Positions 56,356-64,000 of a DNA stretch of 64,000 nucleotides are shown piece after piece (positions within the stretch are counted from its first letter, which is position 1; each line of letters begins with the position of its first letter). Source of the stretch: Epithemia pelagica (lineage: Eukaryota > Protista > Bacillariophyta); assembly GCA_946965045.2 (NCBI GenBank), contig OX337230.1, positions 1,798,001 to 1,862,000 on the forward strand. Reading direction: 5' to 3'. The position numbers were made by a program, and so were the translations under genes. The notes under the pieces are model-generated. The model had not been told where the DNA came from and searched no databases. It saw only the letters and a program-made list of their open reading frames with translations.

Positions 56356-57111
56356 TAGCAGAACTCTCATTGAGAATTCAGAAGGGTAATAGGTAGTTGG
56401 GTAAAAGGCTCGCTGAGCCGACAATCGATCACCAACCGATACAACAATCCTCCACGGGTCAGAGAAGAGTTGCAAGTCGAAGTCCGCCGTGGGTGGGGGC
56501 AGTCGGTCCACTGATAAGAGGTTAGTCTTAAGATGAGTGTTAAAATGGTGATATTAATGATTGTGAGATGATTACTAACTAAGGTGTTTGATGAAGGTCG
56601 AGGTCCTGGCTCCTGTATACGGCCATGGATCTGGTGTGATAGGTCCTCAAATGGTTGGAGTAGACCTGCATTGTTGTATTGAAAGTATATGCAGTTGTAT
56701 ATCATATACCAATGCCAACAGCTCTTGCTTTGTTGTGATATAGGTAGTTTTCTTGGCGCGTTGTTGATTGCATTCTTGGAATTGTGGGAATGGAAATATG
56801 GTCTCGCGTGATCGTGATTCGTGCTTTGATTACTTAGGTCGTTGAGGTAAGTCGTGGAGGTGCTCACTCGGATCGTGATTGCGCGCGCTTGAGAATACTG
56901 GGCGCGCACGTGATGGGCCATAGTCAATATCCGAGCGGTCGCCGATAGCGCGTGCATTGCGAGCATGCCTTGGCCAAAATTAAAGGTCCGCGAGCATGCC
57001 GTCATTCTTTTCTCACTTTTACACAAATGTCATTGGATGCCATAAAATACTAGCATCAGTCGATGTGTTGTAGATTCCACCATCACCTAGTTAAAGGTGA
57101 GAATCCTAACA
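56356..57111 (-). repeat. 3' LTR (756 bp), lacking its terminal 8 nt
   Basis: Matches 61352-62107 with two substitutions seen. Confidence 0.9.
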
Positions 57112-58256
57112 CTCCCCACAATTCGTCGAGTGAGGATTGTTATTTTCCTTGTCATGCTTCTGAACGTTTCCTCCCCAGAAGAATATGATCTTGAACATGG
57201 TCCATACTTTCGAGAATTTCCAATGTTTGTTGAGAATGTCTCCTGGATGTTCTCATAGTCATCATTCTTGAGTTGGTAGGTCTTGTCGATGCCCTTTGAG
57301 CTATGCTCCCCAGGTGCCTTCTTCATCCAAACATTGGGATCTGCTTTAGTTGGTGACAAATCCATATCAATTGGGATGTCAAAGAAACAGTCACGCCGAC
57401 ATGCTCCTGAAGATTTCAATCCCTTTGAGGCCTTGTGCGTAATCAAGATGTGACCTGATTCCTTGAGTTCTTGTCTTGCAACTATCAAGATCTTCTCTCC
57501 AGATAAAGCTTCGGGGTCATGTGCAATTCCAACTTTTGCTCCCCATATATCCATATCATTGAGAATCCCAAGACAGGTGGTTGTATGGAAGTTGTGAATG
57601 GAAGTAGCACACAGAATGATTGCCTCAGCCGGTTCTTTGGCAAAAGGTTCGTCTGTGATGAGAAGTGCTTTGCGACTATCATCATGATTTACAAGATGGA
57701 CTCGAATCTTGTTCTTGTGATACTCTTCTGAAGATGCATTTATCATTTTCCCTCTGCTGAGCTGGGTTTGACGATAATCCTTGAATGTCTTGAGAGATTG
57801 AGTCCGAGAAACCTGAGAGGGCTCAACTTCAGTAGTGTCGTGCCACTTTTCTTTACCATGTTGCTTGTCTAACAAAACAACTACTTCTTCATATTTCTGT
57901 GGAACTTCTTGATAACCAAACTTGTACTTGATGGAATGACAGACATGCTTGATTCGTGACTGCTGTTTGGCAGCTTGAACAAGGTATTTACTGGTCTTGA
58001 CAAAACGCTTGAGATGTTTCCATCCAAGTTCACTCAATAGATCATGTTTCTTGGTGTATGCATCGTTTACCATTAGTGACGGAGGCTCATAGATCATCTC
58101 CCCAGTCTCCCAATCAACAAGTATATGACAGGGACTTCTTTTGTAGTCAAGATTGTTGCAAATACTTGACGGTTCTTGATCTCCGACGGCATCTCTGAAT
58201 TGGAAAACGTTATCTTCAGTTGCCTTTGCTTGGTTATCCTGTTTGATGTATTCCAT
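57087..58256 (-). pseudogene. Degenerate Copia pol remnant (post-integrase region and RT)
   Basis: ILVDWETGE, KYKFGY.VP..YEE...LD, KIRVHLV and ADPNVWMK resemble CoDi pol; RNase H missing. Confidence 0.7.
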
Positions 58257-58379
58257 ATGTTGACGGTATGAAATTATCTTGTCAATGTCGGAAACGGATT
58301 TGTAGAAAGTGTACTTGATAAAGTCTTCTTGCTTCAGAGCATCTTGTTCTAAATCAACGATGCATCTGATAAGACATGG

Positions 58380-60479
58380 TTATCGTTGCTCCCCATTATA
58401 TGGTTGTCGTTGCTCCCCATTTTCCTCAGGATCATAAACAAGGAAAGTTTGGCCAATAGTGTCATCATATTTGATCGTAGGGATTTGCGTGGATGGATCT
58501 TCACCTTTGCAACAAATGAAAACAATGTCAGCTTGTTTGCCGTTGGGTTTATTTGGAAGCGACTCCTCCCCTGAAGAGGTATCCACACAAAGGTTGCTGC
58601 TGGGTGGCCTGGATGCATCATGAAGAATGGCAGAGTAACAAAGGGTTTGAGTGTCCAGAGACAAAGTATCACCCATGGGAGGGGCAAAAACAAGCCAGTA
58701 GCCAAGTGTCGTGACAAAAGAGGGAGGGTAGGGACGGTAGGGACGGTGGGAGAGGGCATATGATTCGGTAAAGTAGGGGGCCTTGTCCCAGATAAGGAAG
58801 AAAAGTGGGTAGGTAATGCCGGGTGGGCGACCACTGAGGATCTCAAGAGGGATATGGCCCGAAACGGTCACGACGTATGTTGTCCTCTTAACGGTCTGAA
58901 AACGGTTCTCAGCCATGTTCTGATCTTGGAGGTATGGTTTGGAACAGCATTCTCCAAGCAGGGGTGTGAAGAAGGAAGGCGTATCAGGTCCATGATCGTA
59001 AGGTAAATCCAAGAGAAGGTTGAGGTTACAGACAACACGATTGGTATACTTCCCAAAAGCATCATGCGGATTGTTGCCATCATTTTCAACAGTCCTTGAA
59101 GAAGGTGCCGTATCTTGCATGGGATCAAGATACCAATGATTATAGCCAGTCAATTGATTGTCACCGGAGAAAGTAGACATGCGAGAAAGCAGATGTCGAG
59201 ATATCTCAACTTTCTGTTTACAGTTGTTGTTCTCGAGACAATCATTAGGGATGGATGTTGTCTTGGTATTGGATTCCAAATGAGCAAGATTAGATGTTGG
59301 ATGATTGACAACAAGATTGGTCACAACTTGAGGAACAAACCGGGTAATCAGATCAGAGAAATTGTCTTGACGGTCTTTGGAAGCATCTTGAATTATGTCG
59401 TCAATCCGTGTACTACCAGGGTCAGGATCAGGTTCTGGATCAATGTCAAGAGTATGCGTCTGTTCCTTGCATGCAATTGTTGATGCATTCTGTGTAGACT
59501 TGTTGTACGCAATGATTACTTGACGACTGTTGTCAGTGAGTTTACTCCACAGATTTCTTGGAAGACTAATCTTTGGAAGCGAAGATGAATCCTTGGTCTT
59601 CATGTTAGTTCTCTTAATCCTGTCGTGCATTTCTTTGGGTGATGGATTGTTGATATCAAAATCTTGATCATATTGAAAGTCATGTTGCTTGGTATGCTTA
59701 CGTTGGTTAGACTTTGGTGATCGAGTTGCTTGGTCATGATCATATGCGGCATCAAGGAGAAGACGGAAATATGATTGATAACAAAGTGTCTTTGCACCAG
59801 ACAAGATGTTGACTTGTCGTAAATCAGGTACCTTTTGAACGGCTTTCATCAGGAAGGCCATCCTAGTGGAGTGGCCAGGAATGTGATCAAACATTGATCC
59901 CAGATTGTCGAGAAGATGGAATTGGTGTTGAAAGTGGAGAAGAAACTGATAGGTTGTGCCGTGCCATGAATCATCGAGACAAAGATTGGAGATGTAGTTG
60001 TTAAGACGTAACACCTCTCTTTTTGCTAAACGAAATGACGAAATGCAACCTTGGTTCAGACGAAGCTTGGTGAAGTCTGCATTGATTCTCCAATGATCAT
60101 AATTGGCCTTGGTGAGGTTCAACCAGGTAGAGCGAGGTAAATCAGACTGCTGCAGGGTTGAGGTTTGTTCTCGTGACCAATGTGCTAGGATCTTCAGTTG
60201 ATGCCTTGTATATGTCTTCAGGTCCATCGTCTTGTTCCCATACTTGTATTGTCCAAGGTCCTTGATATTCTTTTCTGGATTGACTGCAAGGTAGTCGATG
60301 ACATTCAGAATGTGTTCGAAACCACTACGTTTTATCCATTGATGAAGGCCTTGAGCTCGTTCTTCATCACATTCAAATAGATTTTGGGTGATATGATTGA
60401 ACACTTGTGTATCTGATATGTCAGGCGGTACTGAGTCGTCAGAAGGAAGAGAAGGTGTCTTGGGGTATGTTGGATCCAT
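58380..60479 (-). pseudogene. Copia gag fused to deleted protease/integrase remnants
   Basis: Gag-like WHGTTYQFLLHF, LMKAVQKVPDLRQV, LWSKL; integrase-like AENRFQTVKR, IPLEILSG. Confidence 0.7.
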
Positions 60480-60754
60480 GGTAGTATATGGTTGGTTCGT
60501 TGTTTATTTAATGTGTGGTGTGATCTGAACCCGGATGTACCACGTGTGTGCCACGTATGTCAGTACCCGGATGTGTGATGTGCTGGGAACCCGGATGTGC
60601 GGAACTCGGTTTTGTCTCTGGTTTGTTGTGGAAACTACTTAAAGATACTTATCCTTGGTCACTTCCGGACTCGTTGCGGTGATCGAGTTGAACCAGGGAG
60701 TCAGGAATAATGGTAGCTTCCTCGTCTTGCTCGTAGTCCTCAGCAAAGTACTGG

Positions 60755-61147
60755 GTAAGACTACTTCACGGTGTTTCAGTCCTTTAGAAGAGAGTCGCCC
60801 GGCGCGGAGGGTAGAATGACGAGGAGGGCATATGTTCGAGGAGGGCGCATGCCCGACAAGACATATGCCCGTCGAGTCATTCTCCCGACAAGCCGGGCGC
60901 CCGACGAGGAAGGAATGAGAAAACACAGGGGAGTAATCTGCTTACTTTATATCTAGATGTGTAGGTAGTGACTACCGCCCGGTTTAATTAGGAGTTGGGA
61001 TGTCGCAACGACATAATTTTCCTTACACGGTTCACCCATGATGTGGCGCGATTCGCACGATTACTACTTCCCGGCTCTACAATAAATTCCAACTGTAGTA
61101 TAAAAAAGTGAGACGAACTACCTGCATAGCTAGGTATAGAGTTAGTT
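60755..61147. repeat. Copy of the hairpin-containing dispersed repeat within the Copia 5' leader
   Basis: Homologous to 19685-20077. Confidence 0.8.
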
Positions 61148-61343
61148 GCACGAAGTCCTGGTCCAGCTTGAGGTCCTGGAATAGGAGAGGGTTGATGACC
61201 CTAGCCTTAGCCAGGCTGGCCCTGTTGTTGGGTTGGGTAGCTTTGTCCTCTAACTCTTGTTTGTTGGTGTAGCTCAATCTGTACTCAATGTAGATGGGTA
61301 AGTATGATCTCCAATGCGACTGCAGGGCAATGAGCGATGAGAC

Positions 61344-62107
61344 TGTTAATCTAGCAGAACTCTCATTGAGAATTCAGAAGGGTAATAGGTAGTTGGGTAA
61401 AAGGCTCGCTGAGCCGACAATCGATCACCAACCGATACAACAATCCTCCACGGGTCAGAGAAGAGTTGCAAGTCGAAGTCCGCCGTGGGTGGGGGCAGTC
61501 GGTCCACTGATAAGAGGTTAGTCTTAAGATGAGTGTTAAAATGGTGATATTAATGATTGTGAGATGATTACTAACTAAGGTGTTTGATGAAGGTCGAGGT
61601 CCTGGCTCCTGTATACGGCCATGGATCTGGTGTGATAGGTCCTCAAATGGTTGGAGTAGACCTGCATTGTTGTATTGAAAGTATATGCAGTTGTATATCA
61701 TATACCAATGCCAACAGCTCTTGCTTTGTTGTGATATAGGTAGTTTTCTTGGCGCGTTGTTGATTGCATTCTTGGAATTGTGGGAATGGAAATATGGTCT
61801 CGCGTGATCGTGATTCGTGCTTTGATTACTTAGGTCGTGGAGGTAAGTCGTGGAGGTGCTCACTCGGATCGTGATTGCGCGCGCTTGAGAATACTGGGCG
61901 CGCACGTGATGGGCCATAGTCAATATCCGAGCGGTCGCCAATAGCGCGTGCATTGCGAGCATGCCTTGGCCAAAATTAAAGGTCCGCGAGCATGCCGTCA
62001 TTCTTTTCTCACTTTTACACAAATGTCATTGGATGCCATAAAATACTAGCATCAGTCGATGTGTTGTAGATTCCACCATCACCTAGTTAAAGGTGAGAAT
62101 CCTAACA
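61344..62107 (-). repeat. 5' LTR (764 bp), TGTTA...TAACA termini
   Basis: Canonical TG...CA ends. Confidence 0.92.
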
Positions 62108-63585
62108 ATCTCCTCCCCTGCTGCAATGTAACAGGGAGTGGAATCAAAGTTCGCCAATGGCTGAACAGAGCAATGGCCTTGTCTCGGGACATTGGACAAA
62201 CGACCGGGCCGTTGATGATGGATCGAAAGGGTGTACCCATCGCGCCACGAATGCTGGATGACATCCTGCATCGACAGTCATGCAAACTTTTCGACGATGA
62301 TAAAAACCTTTTTCCTCTGACTGCCATCAAAGGGGAAGAGGACATCGTCACAAAATACTTTGTGTTCCGATCTTTCAGACGGGGCTCGAATACAAGAGCA
62401 AAAGAGGTGGGCGTCGACCAGCCAGACCTTGAAACCGTCAACCGATGGAGAATAAAGGAGAGAGCAGGAGCCAATAAACCAGGCGGGGCCATTGACCACA
62501 TGTACGCAGACCTATCGATGCTTGTGGGGCCGTTTCTCCAATATAGTTCTGCAATGTGACGACCAAACCAAGATTCTCGGTGGAGGGGGTTTCTGGAACT
62601 GGCAAGTTGCGTTGAGGCTGACATGGCAAGGCCTCTTCGCTTCTTGTCCATAAGAGAGAGAGTTTGAGCCGATTGCGTCCCCTGTCCGTTTCCGCCTTTG
62701 CGATTGCATGGTGCAACCTGATCGCGTTGGTGGGCCACAAGCGGATCCAACAGGAGTCTTGATTTGGGTCTTTCTTTTTGTTCTTTTGGGCCGGTTCCCC
62801 TGTCTGAGCATTGTGCCAGATCGGACCCTGAGTGGTGAAGGATTACCCTTCCCCCCACAACACAACCTAAACTAGTGTTTACGGTTGCGAGAATCTAATG
62901 AGATAAGTTTATGATTTGATTCTGCTGTTTGTCTTTGTGTTTGCGCGAGAGAAAGGGATCCTGAGGCTGGATGGCGACATGGTGGGTGCTGAGCAGGGTT
63001 TGCGAGTGCCCTGTCCACATCCACACTCATTACTATTGTACTCCTACAATAACTCTTGTTATTGTATTGTACCTTTTCACACACCCGAGCGGTATTTACC
63101 TTAAATTCCTTTTTGTATTTTTGTTGTGGAAAATCGATTTCTCGCCGAGTAGTGTACGATTTTTGTTTCCCGGTTGTCCCTCTTTGTGACACGGTCAAAT
63201 CCCGGAATCTGAAATCGCTCTTCTTCCGCCCGCCAGATTCACTCATTTATCGGAATATAACGGTCGGTATCTGACAATTTCCCAGAGTCATGTGCCGGCG
63301 CGAGCCGAGATGTCCTGCCATCCAGGCAAGGTGCGCACATCATTCGTTGTTGTTCGTTCGCAGCCAAAGAACAAACACGAATCACCGCATGCAGACACAG
63401 GTGTGAGACCGACATTTGATCAACATACATGTTGGTTTTGCATGTTTTGACCCCTCTCATCTTTTTTGTACCACTCAGTCTACAATTCCCAAAGATCGAA
63501 GTCCTTTCAGCTGCATCCAAGCAAAGGACACTGAGAGTACAAGGTTGGGGGACTTTTCCGATCATTCAGAGGAGCACGTTTAGCC

Positions 63586-64000
63586 ATGCCCCGTGTCAAC
63601 GATGCTTGTCCGCGATACAAAGCCAAGAGTGTTCAAAAGCTAGATGACAATGCATTTCTTGTTGTAGCCACCTTGAAAAATGGCAAAATGATGAAAAGCA
63701 ACAAAAACATGATTATCCTAAGACACAACAAACGGGAGCTTACATTGATCAATCCCGTGCGACTTGACGATGAAGGCGAAGCTACTCTACAAAAGTTGGG
63801 AACGATTCAAAGACTTATCCGACTGGCACCTCGTCAGGGTGTGGAACATGACAAGTATTATCTAAGCAGGTTCCCGACGGTGAGAAGATGGGCACCTTCA
63901 CGCGGTACTGACGATGAACTACCTGTTCATCGAATATTGACAGAAGACGATGACGCCATTTTGCCGGCTTGTCACGTGTTCAGTTTTCAAGCCACAGCAC
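63586..64000 (+). CDS. DUF4336-like / metallo-beta-lactamase-like protein (3' partial)
   Basis: Open frame from ATG 63586 to the window end: NMIILRH...LTLINPVRL......LQKLGTIQRLIRLAP...HD. Confidence 0.5.
   Translation, partial: MPRVNDACPRYKAKSVQKLDDNAFLVVATLKNGKMMKSNKNMIILRHNKRELTLINPVRLDDEGEATLQKLGTIQRLIRLAPRQGVEHDKYYLSRFPTVRRWAPSRGTDDELPVHRILTEDDDAILPACHVFSFQATA

Larger units (their letters stand above)
56356..62107 (-). mobile_element. Ty1/Copia (CoDi-like) LTR retrotransposon, internally deleted and non-autonomous
   Basis: Near-identical LTRs; 5-bp TSD ATCTC (56351-56355 and 62108-62112); PPT GTGGGGAG next to the 3' LTR; gag, integrase and RT remnants. Confidence 0.92.
55124..62559 (+). 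pseudogene. YR of copy 2: ~46-nt deletion near 55920 and Copia insertion after 56355
   Basis: ...SERAHL ends at 56355; LPCCNVTGSG resumes at about 62110. Confidence 0.9.
48560..63012 (+). mobile_element. Decayed copy 2 of the YR retrotransposon (A1-gag-pol-YR-B), interrupted by a Copia
   Basis: A 48560-49042, B 62588-63012; highly similar to copy 1 in inverted orientation; no A2/B2; CT at both junctions. Confidence 0.95.

Noticed and set aside
56367-57026. 219-aa ORF duplicated at 61363-62022
   Set aside because: It lies wholly within the Copia LTR, starts at a non-ATG codon and has no protein-like features; the duplication is just the LTR pair.

Overview
Eukaryotic genomic DNA, most likely from a pennate diatom (short GT-AG introns, diatom-type cyclase/PDE and HSF genes, CoDi-like Copia). 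Over half the window is transposable elements. Host genes: carboxylesterase C-terminus, two hypothetical genes, a membrane guanylate cyclase/phosphodiesterase, NBS1, SDH flavoprotein, an HSF, a PP1 inhibitor-2 with two modules, MutS2, a pseudogene and a partial DUF4336-like gene. Mobile elements: (1) an apparently intact 9.7-kb tyrosine-recombinase (DIRS-order) retrotransposon with A1-ORFs-B1-A2-B2 split direct repeats (9719-19416, minus); (2) a decayed inverted copy (48560-63012) whose recombinase gene is interrupted by a young Copia; (3) a four-gene PHIS/Harbinger-like DNA transposon; (4) a classic two-gene Harbinger; (5) two copies of a 1.4-kb long-TIR non-autonomous element. Most notable: in both retrotransposon copies gag and pol are in frame, separated by one UGA-CGG followed by a stem-loop (predicted programmed readthrough). 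The pol begins with what looks like a catalytically degenerate C5-cytosine methyltransferase fold. A ~103-nt hairpin with compensatory base changes is shared by the Copia leader and an orphan locus. All protein assignments come from motifs read by eye; no searches were run.
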